From positions 28,172 to 92,171 of the forward strand of contig CALVYH010000003.1 of the NCBI GenBank assembly GCA_944372115.1: a stretch of DNA of 64,000 nucleotides, written 5' to 3'. Positions within the stretch are counted from its first letter, which is position 1; the number at the start of each line of letters is the position of its first letter. The position numbers and the translations under genes are program-made. The stretch comes from an uncultured Bacilli bacterium (lineage in GTDB: Bacteria > Bacillota_I > Bacilli_A > RFN20 > CAG-826). Below are positions 1 to 8,384 of the stretch, piece by piece. Under the pieces are notes generated by a model. That model ran no database searches and was not told the origin of the DNA. It worked only from the letters and a program-made list of their open reading frames with translations.

Positions 1-153
1 TATTGAAAAAAGATGATATGCTGCAGTATTTAAAAATGTAGTTATTACACATCCTAATTCTTCAATGTTTACATCACTTCTTATTAAAAATTTACGATAA
101 AATCTTGTTGGTTCTTCTAAGAAAAATAAATTTACTTCATAATATGTAGCCAT
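1..153 (-). CDS. partial (runs off window) pRiA4b ORF-3-like family protein
   Basis: Hand translation from ATG at 153 (GAGG RBS at 161-164): MATYYEVNLFFLEEPTRFYRKFLIRSDVNIEELGCVITTFLNTAAYHLFSI. This fits the pRiA4b ORF-3 N-terminal pattern (xRxxxVxxDxxLxxL...F....xHLxxF). Confidence 0.6.
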   Translation of the reverse strand, partial: MATYYEVNLFFLEEPTRFYRKFLIRSDVNIEELGCVITTFLNTAAYHLFSI

Positions 154-435
154 TTTTAAACCTCTTTATTAATTTTTAAAGTTATTAAAATTATATGGTA
201 TTTTTGATATTTAAAAAATGAATTATTTATTATCTTTATAAAAAAGAATAAAACATTCAAAGTTTGAGTGAATTTTAATTTAATAAAAATTCATTGTTTT
301 CATAAATAACATATAGAGAAAAAATTATTCACTTAATTGAGTAGATTTTAAAGTTAGGGTTAAGTCACCTTAAGTTAAAATTTAAATCATTATCTAATAA
401 ATTTCATTTTTGTTTATTATTTATTTTCTTTTTGA

Positions 436-452
436 ATAACATTTGTTATACT
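436..452 (+). promoter_or_regulatory. extended -10 promoter overlapped by a palindromic operator for the TA operon
   Basis: ATAACA-TT-TGTTAT inverted repeat (436-449) overlaps TG-T-TATACT (444-452); AGGAG RBS follows before ATG 475. Confidence 0.55.
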
Positions 453-474
453 AGAATAAGACAAGGAGATATTT

Positions 475-777
475 ATGAAATTTTACGGAATGAGGGAACT
501 AAGCAATAACACAAAAAAAGTAATTGAATCATTATCTTTTGGAAATCCAACAATCATCACTGATAAAGGTAAACCTAAAGCAATTTTATTAAAAATAGAT
601 GAAGATAATTTCGAACTGATATTAGATTCTATAAATCGCTACATTGCCTTACAAACTTTAGAAGCGATACAGAATGAATCTTTGAAGAAATATCCAAACG
701 GTGTTAGTCAAGAAGAAATTAACGAAGAAGTTGATAGGATTAGAAAGGAAATAAATAGTGATAAACATAGTAATTGA
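475..777 (+). CDS. Phd/YefM-family type II antitoxin
   Basis: N-terminal MRELSNNTKKVIE...PTIITDKGKPKAILL is the Phd/YefM fold signature; the gene overlaps the downstream PIN gene. Confidence 0.85.
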   Translation: MKFYGMRELSNNTKKVIESLSFGNPTIITDKGKPKAILLKIDEDNFELILDSINRYIALQTLEAIQNESLKKYPNGVSQEEINEEVDRIRKEINSDKHSN

Positions 778-1153
778 TACAAATGTAATAGTGTCATCGT
801 TTCTTAATAAATTTGGCGTCCCATCTCAAATTGTAAAATTGGTTTATGATAAAAAGGTCCAGCTTTTCTTAAGCGAAGAAATATTTTATGAATATAAAAC
901 CGTTTTAAGAAGAACAAAGTTTAATATTGATGAGATAAAAATAAATGATTTTCTAACTTCGATTTTGAAATTTTCGATGCTATTAAAACCTAACAAAATA
1001 GAAGAAATCAAATTTTCCGATAACTCAGATTTGAAGTTTTATAAACTAGCTATTTTTGCTAAAGCAATATTAATAACAAGAAATAAACATTTTCCTAATG
1101 AAAGTTTAGTTCAATCTCCAAGAGAGTTTATAAATTTATTGATGGATAGTTAA
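758..1153 (+). CDS. PIN-domain toxin (PIN_3-type putative TA toxin)
   Basis: IVIDTNVIVS, SEEIFYEY, DxxDLKF, LITRNKHFP motifs; 131 aa; GTG start overlapping the antitoxin. Confidence 0.85.
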   Translation: MINIVIDTNVIVSSFLNKFGVPSQIVKLVYDKKVQLFLSEEIFYEYKTVLRRTKFNIDEIKINDFLTSILKFSMLLKPNKIEEIKFSDNSDLKFYKLAIFAKAILITRNKHFPNESLVQSPREFINLLMDS

Positions 1154-1186
1154 TTTTTTAAAAGATAAAACAATATTTGAGATTAT

Positions 1187-1233
1187 AAAAAAGTGAAATA
1201 TACTCACTATTATCGAGTTTATTTCACTTTTTT
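1187..1233. terminator. bidirectional intrinsic terminator
   Basis: AAAAAAGTGAAATA-TACTC...GAGT-TTATTTCACTTTTTT inverted repeat between convergent genes. Confidence 0.75.
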
Positions 1234-1264
1234 ATTTTTAAAATTATAAATATTTAATAAAACA

Positions 1265-1657
1265 CTATTTATTATTTAATTTATTAATTAATAAAGAAAT
1301 ATTTTCTTTATTAATTTTATAGTTAATTATATAAATAATTAAATATATAATCCCTAAAATAAATAATATACTTCCTATTCCTATTCCTAAATATGCTATA
1401 AAAGCTTCTAAAGATAAATAAGAAAAATATGTTTCTCTAATTGTATTAATTATTGCCATTGGAATAAATATTATTCCAATAATTAATAAAATAATACCAA
1501 TGATTATAAAAGAAAGAGAATAATTCTTCTTTTCTTTTAATAAAGAAGAATTATTATATTCTTTCTTTAAAATCATTTTTATTTCTTCTTCATTATTAAA
1601 AGAAGATATTCTATTAATATCTATTTTATTAAATAATATCTTCTTTTTTTCTTTCAT
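1265..1657 (-). CDS. hypothetical two-TM membrane protein
   Basis: Two long hydrophobic segments; 13 bp downstream of the solute-binding protein gene. Confidence 0.7.
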   Translation of the reverse strand: MKEKKKILFNKIDINRISSFNNEEEIKMILKKEYNNSSLLKEKKNYSLSFIIIGIILLIIGIIFIPMAIINTIRETYFSYLSLEAFIAYLGIGIGSILFILGIIYLIIYIINYKINKENISLLINKLNNK

Positions 1658-1670
1658 AATAATTTAAAAA

Positions 1671-3179
1671 CTAAATATTTTCGTAAGCTTTATTAAGTTC
1701 TTCTTTAATGAAGTTAGTTAATTCTTCTCCACTTAATGTTGATCTTAAAACTTCAACTAAAACTGTTCCAACAGCATCTCTAACTGAACTAGAGAATTGA
1801 GAAACAGGAGCGATAAATGCTTGGTTATTAGCAGTATAATCAGCATAAATATCATAAATTTGTGCTGTCATATAAGAAGTTGAATCTTCAGTTTCTCCAT
1901 CTCCAGTAGTAGAAACAGGAGCATTCATAACTTCTTTAACATTATCTTCTTCATAAGAAGATGCTCTAATAGGGGCAGCACCATAAAGTAAGCTTAATTC
2001 AGCATTATTTTCAGTGTTAGTTAAGAATTTATAAAGTAACCATGCGCCTTTATTTTCTTCATCGCCCTTATCAAACATGCAAACAGATGGACCTTGAGAC
2101 ATAACTTTTGCTTCTGAAGCACTAACATTTCCACCAGTTAACATATTTTTATCAATTGCAGGCATTGATGCAACTCCAGGAACAAAATCATCAGTAGCAC
2201 ACCATGAAGCACCGGTTGTTGAATTTAAAACCATGAATGAAGTTTGTGATGTGAATGGTTCATTAATCCAGTGATCATATGGTTCATCAAAAACTAAAGT
2301 TGGTGAAACAGTAATTAAACCTTCATCATACCATCCTTTAATTAATGAAAACATAGAAATCATCTCATCATTATTAAATAAAACAGCTTCATCTTTAGTT
2401 AAAGTGCCATCTTTATTAGCATCAACATTGCTTGAAAGTGGGACACCCATCATTTCAGCAAATGTAATCATCATATTATCATATGAATCATATCCGATAG
2501 GAGCAACTGCACCACTTCCTGCATTTCCTTTGTTTTCATCGGTAAAAACTTCTGGATAATCTGCTCTCATTTGACGAGCTAAAGTGATCATCTCGCTCCA
2601 ATTTGTAGGAACTTCATAACCTTTTTCAGTGAAAACATCGCTATTATAATACATAACTTCACTTGTTCTAGCGAAAGGCATTGAATATGTACCTTCAACT
2701 TGGAATCCTTGTCCATCAGAAATATATGCTGAAGACATATCGTCTTTAACTGTATTTGTTTCATCAACAACTTCACCGTTTTCATTAGTTGTATGTCCGA
2801 AACCATATTCTTGATTATTCATAAAATCATCAAAGTTCATGACTGCACCTTGATCTAACCATGAATAAACATAATCAGGATAGCAAACTGCTAACGAAGG
2901 AAGTCTTGTTGGAGTATTAATAACTTGATTGACTGCTTCTTGAATATTTGGATAATCTCCTGATTCTTCCCAAACTACTTCATATTGAGGATATAAATCT
3001 TCAAATTCAGCAGCTTTTTTATCCATCCATTCTACTTGTTGATCTTGATAGAAGTTAGTCCAAAATGTAATAGTTGTTTTTTCTTCTTCAACAGGTGTTT
3101 TAGGATTACAACTAGCTAAAGCCATGATAGATGCGCTTGCTACGACTAAAGGCATAACTCTTTTAAATAATTTGTTCAT
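1671..3179 (-). CDS. CUT1 ABC importer extracellular solute-binding lipoprotein (UgpB-like, copy 2)
   Basis: Lipobox LAS-C; ITFWTNF, LPSLAVCYPD, SMPFARTSEVMYYN, VPTNWSEM, SQGPSVCMF, AWLLYKFLT motifs of family-1 SBPs. Confidence 0.9.
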   Translation of the reverse strand: MNKLFKRVMPLVVASASIMALASCNPKTPVEEEKTTITFWTNFYQDQQVEWMDKKAAEFEDLYPQYEVVWEESGDYPNIQEAVNQVINTPTRLPSLAVCYPDYVYSWLDQGAVMNFDDFMNNQEYGFGHTTNENGEVVDETNTVKDDMSSAYISDGQGFQVEGTYSMPFARTSEVMYYNSDVFTEKGYEVPTNWSEMITLARQMRADYPEVFTDENKGNAGSGAVAPIGYDSYDNMMITFAEMMGVPLSSNVDANKDGTLTKDEAVLFNNDEMISMFSLIKGWYDEGLITVSPTLVFDEPYDHWINEPFTSQTSFMVLNSTTGASWCATDDFVPGVASMPAIDKNMLTGGNVSASEAKVMSQGPSVCMFDKGDEENKGAWLLYKFLTNTENNAELSLLYGAAPIRASSYEEDNVKEVMNAPVSTTGDGETEDSTSYMTAQIYDIYADYTANNQAFIAPVSQFSSSVRDAVGTVLVEVLRSTLSGEELTNFIKEELNKAYENI

Positions 3180-3220
3180 AAAATACTTTTTCTCCTTTTA
3201 TTTTTTATAAACACACGAAT

Positions 3221-3278
3221 ATTATATCACTAACAATTCATGCTTTTATATTAGGAATTTATTAACAATTTATTAACA
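3221..3278 (-). promoter_or_regulatory. internal promoter of the SBP gene with 11-bp-spaced direct repeats
   Basis: Minus strand TG-A-TATAAT (3221-3229) with no good -35; TTAACA at 3262 and 3273 on the + strand. Confidence 0.5.
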
Positions 3279-3337
3279 ATTTTTGCAATTTTAATGTTTT
3301 TTTATTTGGATATTATTAATAAAATGCTTAATTATTT

Positions 3338-4297
3338 CTATCCCTTAATTCCAGCTCTTCCAACTCCTCTCATAATATATTTTCTAAAGAAAATAAAAAT
3401 AAGCAATAAAGGAATTGTTACAATTACAGTTGCGGCCATTTGCAAAGTTACAAGTTCTCTTCTTTCTGAACCATTTCCAACAAAGAAGTTAGCAAAATCT
3501 CTTAAAGCAACTGTAATTTGAGCATATGTTGGATCATTTAATACAACTGCTTTTGGCCAAGCATAAGCATTCCATCCACTAATAACTTTTAAAATAATTA
3601 TTGTAATTAATGTTGGAGAAGCAATTGGAACCATAACTTTCCATAAATATTGCCAATCATTTTTACCATCTACCTTTGCCGCTAAATATAATTCGTTAGG
3701 TATTTGTTTAAAATTTTCATTTAATAAATAAATATAGAAAACATTTACTAAAAACGGAGCCATTGTTGCAAAATAAATTTGCCACCTTCCATCTAATAAA
3801 TTTAATCTATACATCGTAATAAAATTAGACGTAACAAATAATTCAGAAGGAATCATCATTGTTGCTAAAAAGATAAAAAACACAGCATCTCTTCCTTTAA
3901 ATTGAAGTCTAGTAAAAGCAAAAGAAGCAAAAACAGTTATAAAAAATGTTCCTACAGTTGAAATAATAACAACTGTTAAAGTGTTGATTAATAAATTTGG
4001 AATATCAAATCCATCTACTTGAAACACTTTAACATAATTACTCCAAGCAATTTCATCAAAAGGAATAAAAAAACTATTCCCGATTTGATAATGTTCGGCA
4101 TCTTGATATTTTAAAGATGTTAAAATCATCCAATAAAATGGAAGAAGACAAAAAAGCGCAAAAGCAATAAGAAGAGCGTAAACAAAAATTAAGCCAATAA
4201 TTTTTAAGACTTTGTCTAATTTTTTTCCTTCGTTTAGATTTTTACTTTTACTAACAATAACTAAACGAGTATTTTGATCTAAACTTGATACTTTCAT
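3338..4297 (-). CDS. CUT1 ABC permease (UgpE/MalG-like, copy 2)
   Basis: AFAFTRLQFKGRD, EAA-loop IPNELYLAAKVDG, WNAYAWP. Confidence 0.92.
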   Translation of the reverse strand: MKVSSLDQNTRLVIVSKSKNLNEGKKLDKVLKIIGLIFVYALLIAFALFCLLPFYWMILTSLKYQDAEHYQIGNSFFIPFDEIAWSNYVKVFQVDGFDIPNLLINTLTVVIISTVGTFFITVFASFAFTRLQFKGRDAVFFIFLATMMIPSELFVTSNFITMYRLNLLDGRWQIYFATMAPFLVNVFYIYLLNENFKQIPNELYLAAKVDGKNDWQYLWKVMVPIASPTLITIIILKVISGWNAYAWPKAVVLNDPTYAQITVALRDFANFFVGNGSERRELVTLQMAATVIVTIPLLLIFIFFRKYIMRGVGRAGIKG

Positions 4298-4299
4298 AG

Positions 4300-5232
4300 T
4301 TAATAAATGACTCTCTTTTTAGAAATAATAAATTGTAAACCAGTAAATAAAAGAATAATTAAAAATAAAATAACAGCAGCTGCGCAAGCATAATTTATAT
4401 TTCTTCCACCAGTTTGAATTTGGTCATAAATAAAATAAACAGCAGTATAAAGATTGTATTCTAAAGGGGAAGTTCCTCTAGCGTTGAATAATCCAGCTAT
4501 CGCTTGATATTCTTTAAATCCATCAATAAATGAAGTAATTGATATATATAAAATTTGAGGTGAAAGTAAAGGAACGGTTATTTTACTAAACTTTTTTATT
4601 GCAGGAGTTGAATCAATTCTTGCTGCTTCATAATATTGCTTATCTATATTTTGTAATCCGCCAATAAAAACTAAAATTTTAAAAGGCATTTCATACCAAA
4701 CAAGTTCAATACATAAAACTATCATTGCATTTAAATAAGTTGTTTGTCCTCCTGCTCCTGGCATCCATGAAATATCTAAATCAAATATTTCATTAATTAA
4801 GCCATTTTGAGCAAATAAAACACCAAAAACCATACCGATTGCAATAATATTAGTTACGTATGGAGTAAAAAATATTGTTTGGAAGAATTTTTGTAAAACT
4901 TTAATCGAATTTAAACTAACTGCAATAATTAAAGACAAGATAATTGAAATAGGAACAGTTATAAATGTAATTAAAAGAGTATTAGGTAGGGCATATTTTA
5001 AAAATGCTTCTACTTGTCCTTTTCCTGTCATATTAGAAGGAAAATCACTTAAACCTAAAATAACTCCATAATTATCGAAAGTAAAACCAGTATTTGCTCC
5101 GGTTGCATAAGTATAATCTTTTAAAAATGAAATATAAAAAGTATTAATAATTGGGTATAAAGTAAAAACAACTATCAAAATGATAGCAGGCATTAAATAT
5201 AACCATCCTTTATAATTGTTTTTACTTTCCAT
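4300..5232 (-). CDS. CUT1 ABC permease (UgpA/MalF-like, copy 2)
   Basis: YLMPA...YPII, FQTIFFTPYVT, LQNIDKQYYEAARID, ITVPLLSP. Confidence 0.92.
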   Translation of the reverse strand: MESKNNYKGWLYLMPAIILIVVFTLYPIINTFYISFLKDYTYATGANTGFTFDNYGVILGLSDFPSNMTGKGQVEAFLKYALPNTLLITFITVPISIILSLIIAVSLNSIKVLQKFFQTIFFTPYVTNIIAIGMVFGVLFAQNGLINEIFDLDISWMPGAGGQTTYLNAMIVLCIELVWYEMPFKILVFIGGLQNIDKQYYEAARIDSTPAIKKFSKITVPLLSPQILYISITSFIDGFKEYQAIAGLFNARGTSPLEYNLYTAVYFIYDQIQTGGRNINYACAAAVILFLIILLFTGLQFIISKKRVIY

Positions 5233-5248
5233 AATTAATTACTTTTAT

Positions 5249-6727
5249 TTATTTAATTTCTATTCTTTCTTCACTGTCTATATCAAAAACAAACATCTTG
5301 TTTGTTTTTATTTTAAATTGATATGTATCAATATTTATATTTAAATCACTATCTACTACTATTTTAATATTTTCTCCAATAAAAGAATCATGTTCTAAAG
5401 TTAATGTTGTATCTTTCCCGTTTAATGTAATTTCTTTTACTCTTAAAGATATAGTATCTAAATTATCTTCATCTTTTTTTGATGAAACAAAAATAAATCC
5501 TTCAGGTCTAATTCCTACGTAAACTTCTTTGTTTATATAATTTTCATTTTTTAAAGAAGATATTTTTTCATTATCAACATAAATTCCATCTTCTTTAATT
5601 ATTCCTTTAAATACATTAATTGGAGGTGTTCCTAAAAATTTAGCAACAAATAAGTTAGAAGGATTTTTATATATTTCAATAGGTTTTCCTTCTTGCATTA
5701 CTTTTCCATTATTCATAACAACAATCTCATCACAAATTGACATTGCTTCTTCTTGATCATGCGTTACAAATACAGTAGTAATTCCTGTTTCTTTTTGAAT
5801 TCTTTTAATTTCTTCTCTAGTTTTTATTCTTAAACGAGCATCTAAATTTGACAATGGTTCATCTAAAAGTAAAACACGAGGTTTTTTTACTAATGCTCTA
5901 GCAATAGCGACTCTTTGTTGTTGACCTCCAGATAATTCTTTAGGTTTTTTATCTAGTTGTTCTTCAATTTGAACAAGTCTAGCTACTTCTCTAACCATTA
6001 AATCTATTTCATCATATACTAATTTTCTTCTTTGAATTATCTTTTCATCATTTAAATTAGTAATATAAAAAGAATCATCTATTTTTAAGTTTCTTTTTAA
6101 ATATTTATCTTTTATTTCTTTAATTTTTATATTATTTTCATTAATAATATTATCAACTTTATTTTTTAATTCTTCTTTAGAAGAAATAGTAAAAAGCTTA
6201 TGATTAAAAAGTCTTTTTGCAAAAGAAGGCGAAATAATATATTTATCGATTATAAAAACAATTGCTCTTTCTTTACTTATCTTATTATTTAAAGAAGAAT
6301 CTTTGATAATATTAACTAATTCTTCATAATTAGATAATATTTCGTTTTCTTTAGTTAACATTTCGATTTTATATTCTTTTTTATAAGCATCTATTTTTAA
6401 ATTAGTTAAAGGAAACGCAATATTTTTATAAACATTCATATGAGGATATAAAGCATAATTTTGAAAAACAAAACCAATTCCTCTTTTTTCACTAGCTAAA
6501 TTAGTTACTTCTTCATTATCAAACCAAATTTCTCCTGAGGAAGGTTCTTTTAATCCAGCAATCATATAAAGCGTAGTTGATTTACCACATCCCGAAGGAC
6601 CTAAAAGACCTACTAATTCATTATTTTTAATATTGATTGATACATTATTAACAGCAATAGTATCATCAATTCCTTTTTTCTCATCACCTTTAAATATTTT
6701 AGATAAGTTTTTAATTACTATTTCCAT
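5249..6727 (-). CDS. CUT1 ABC ATPase (UgpC/MalK-like, copy 2) with ~125-aa insertion
   Basis: GPSGCGKS, VFQNYALYPH, LSGGQQQR, LLLDEPLSNLD, VTHDQEEA, C-terminal TOBE-like region (GIRPE). Confidence 0.93.
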   Translation of the reverse strand: MEIVIKNLSKIFKGDEKKGIDDTIAVNNVSINIKNNELVGLLGPSGCGKSTTLYMIAGLKEPSSGEIWFDNEEVTNLASEKRGIGFVFQNYALYPHMNVYKNIAFPLTNLKIDAYKKEYKIEMLTKENEILSNYEELVNIIKDSSLNNKISKERAIVFIIDKYIISPSFAKRLFNHKLFTISSKEELKNKVDNIINENNIKIKEIKDKYLKRNLKIDDSFYITNLNDEKIIQRRKLVYDEIDLMVREVARLVQIEEQLDKKPKELSGGQQQRVAIARALVKKPRVLLLDEPLSNLDARLRIKTREEIKRIQKETGITTVFVTHDQEEAMSICDEIVVMNNGKVMQEGKPIEIYKNPSNLFVAKFLGTPPINVFKGIIKEDGIYVDNEKISSLKNENYINKEVYVGIRPEGFIFVSSKKDEDNLDTISLRVKEITLNGKDTTLTLEHDSFIGENIKIVVDSDLNINIDTYQFKIKTNKMFVFDIDSEERIEIK

Positions 6728-6812
6728 CTTAAAAAGCCTTTTTTTAATACCTCTATATTTTATTTAAAAAATAAAATATTTAAAACAATTAATTTATTTT
6801 TAAAAAGGGAAA

Positions 6813-8249
6813 TTAAACTTCAACATAGCCAACTGTTTTTAAAGTTTCTTTAACTACATCTCTAGCTAAAATATTAGTTTCAATTATTTCTTCTGCTAAT
6901 GAGGAAGTCGTTTTATAAGCTATATAGTCTATTGTAGCTAAATAGAATTTACCATTATAAGAAGTTGGTGGATTACTTCTAACAACATTTTCTTGTCCAT
7001 TTAAAAACATGTTATACATCGAAGCATCAAATTTCATTAAACATAAAGTATTTTCAAATGGATAAATTTTAAGTAAATCACCATAAGTAAATTCACCCTT
7101 CATTACATCACTTCTTATTCCACCACTATTTATACTTCCACTATCGCAAGGAATCGCTATGTTTTCATTATTAGAAGCATAAGTCATTAAAGAATAAGAA
7201 ATAAATCTAGCAAATTTAGCCTTTGAAACATTATTTTCAAAAGTATATAAAACTTCATCTCTAATACTTTCAATATTATCTTTATATTTATTATAAACTT
7301 CATCTACTTTTAAAGATGATTCATTAAATAAACTATCCTTATTATCCCAAGTAGAAATATTATTGAAAGACGAGGAAATTATTTCATATTCATTATTAGA
7401 ATTAAGTTTTAAATCTAAAGAAATATTTGAAAGATAACTTCCATAATTTTTTCCTTCAATATATGGAACTAATTTATTTTCTTCGTCTAAATACCCGTTT
7501 TTTAAATTATGATCATGCCCTAAAAATAGAGCATCAATATAATCAACTAATTCTAAATATCTTTCATATTCACCATCATGAGTAGATAAAACTACAACTT
7601 CACATTTTTCTTTTTCTCTTAAATTTTTAGCTTCTTCTTTTATTAATTCTATATTTTCATCATAAATAAAATCATCGGCAATAGTCGCTAAAATATCATC
7701 TTCAATTCCAGGCATAATAGCACCAATAATTCCAACATTAATCCCTTCTTTATTAATAACAGTTGAAGAAGATAAATAATAAGGTCTTTTATTAGTAGAA
7801 GCATGAAAAACATTAATTCCTAAAAGAGGAAAATCCATTTTAGAAGCCATTTCTTCTAATTTTTCTTCTCCCCAGTCAAATTCATGATTACCTATTGTCA
7901 TTGAATCAAAACCAATTGCATTCATTGATTCAATGACTACTTCTCCATAAGTAATATTGCTTTCTGCTCCACCCTGAAACATATCTCCACTAGAAATAAT
8001 AAAAGTATTATCAAAATTATTATTTTTTTCATTTATTAAATAATTACCAATTCTTGATAAACCTACTTGTTTATAATCTTCATCATAAAGATATGCCCCA
8101 TGAAAATCATTTAAAGCATAAAAATTTAAAGTTCTTTCTTCTATCCTTTCACCTAGCTCATCATAAGATACTTTATTTTGACAAGATGCAATTGTAATTA
8201 ATGATAAAAATGTTACAAAAATATAAGATAATCCTTTTTTTAATTTCAT
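6813..8249 (-). CDS. 5'-nucleotidase / 2',3'-cyclic phosphodiesterase-3'-nucleotidase family lipoprotein
   Basis: Lipobox IAS-C; NDFHG, GDMFQG, GNHEFD, GHDH metallophosphoesterase motifs; C-terminal NSGGIR...YPFEN. Start placed at ATG 8249 (AGGA RBS) rather than TTG 8294. Confidence 0.9.
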   Translation of the reverse strand: MKLKKGLSYIFVTFLSLITIASCQNKVSYDELGERIEERTLNFYALNDFHGAYLYDEDYKQVGLSRIGNYLINEKNNNFDNTFIISSGDMFQGGAESNITYGEVVIESMNAIGFDSMTIGNHEFDWGEEKLEEMASKMDFPLLGINVFHASTNKRPYYLSSSTVINKEGINVGIIGAIMPGIEDDILATIADDFIYDENIELIKEEAKNLREKEKCEVVVLSTHDGEYERYLELVDYIDALFLGHDHNLKNGYLDEENKLVPYIEGKNYGSYLSNISLDLKLNSNNEYEIISSSFNNISTWDNKDSLFNESSLKVDEVYNKYKDNIESIRDEVLYTFENNVSKAKFARFISYSLMTYASNNENIAIPCDSGSINSGGIRSDVMKGEFTYGDLLKIYPFENTLCLMKFDASMYNMFLNGQENVVRSNPPTSYNGKFYLATIDYIAYKTTSSLAEEIIETNILARDVVKETLKTVGYVEV

Positions 8250-8329
8250 AAGTTTTTCCTTTTTTTTATTTCTTCTTAAATTTATATATTTCAATATATA
8301 AATTTTATTATATTTACTTTATAAGTGTC

Positions 8330-8359
8330 AAAAAGGATATGGCTAAGCCATACCCTTTT
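8330..8359 (-). terminator. intrinsic terminator of the importer-nuclease-OB operon
   Basis: AAAAGGATATGGC-TAA-GCCATACCCTTTT hairpin ~25 bp after the stop at 8385, giving a U-tract on the minus strand. Confidence 0.75.
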
Positions 8360-8384
8360 ATCTAGTTTCTATAGATTAATTAAA

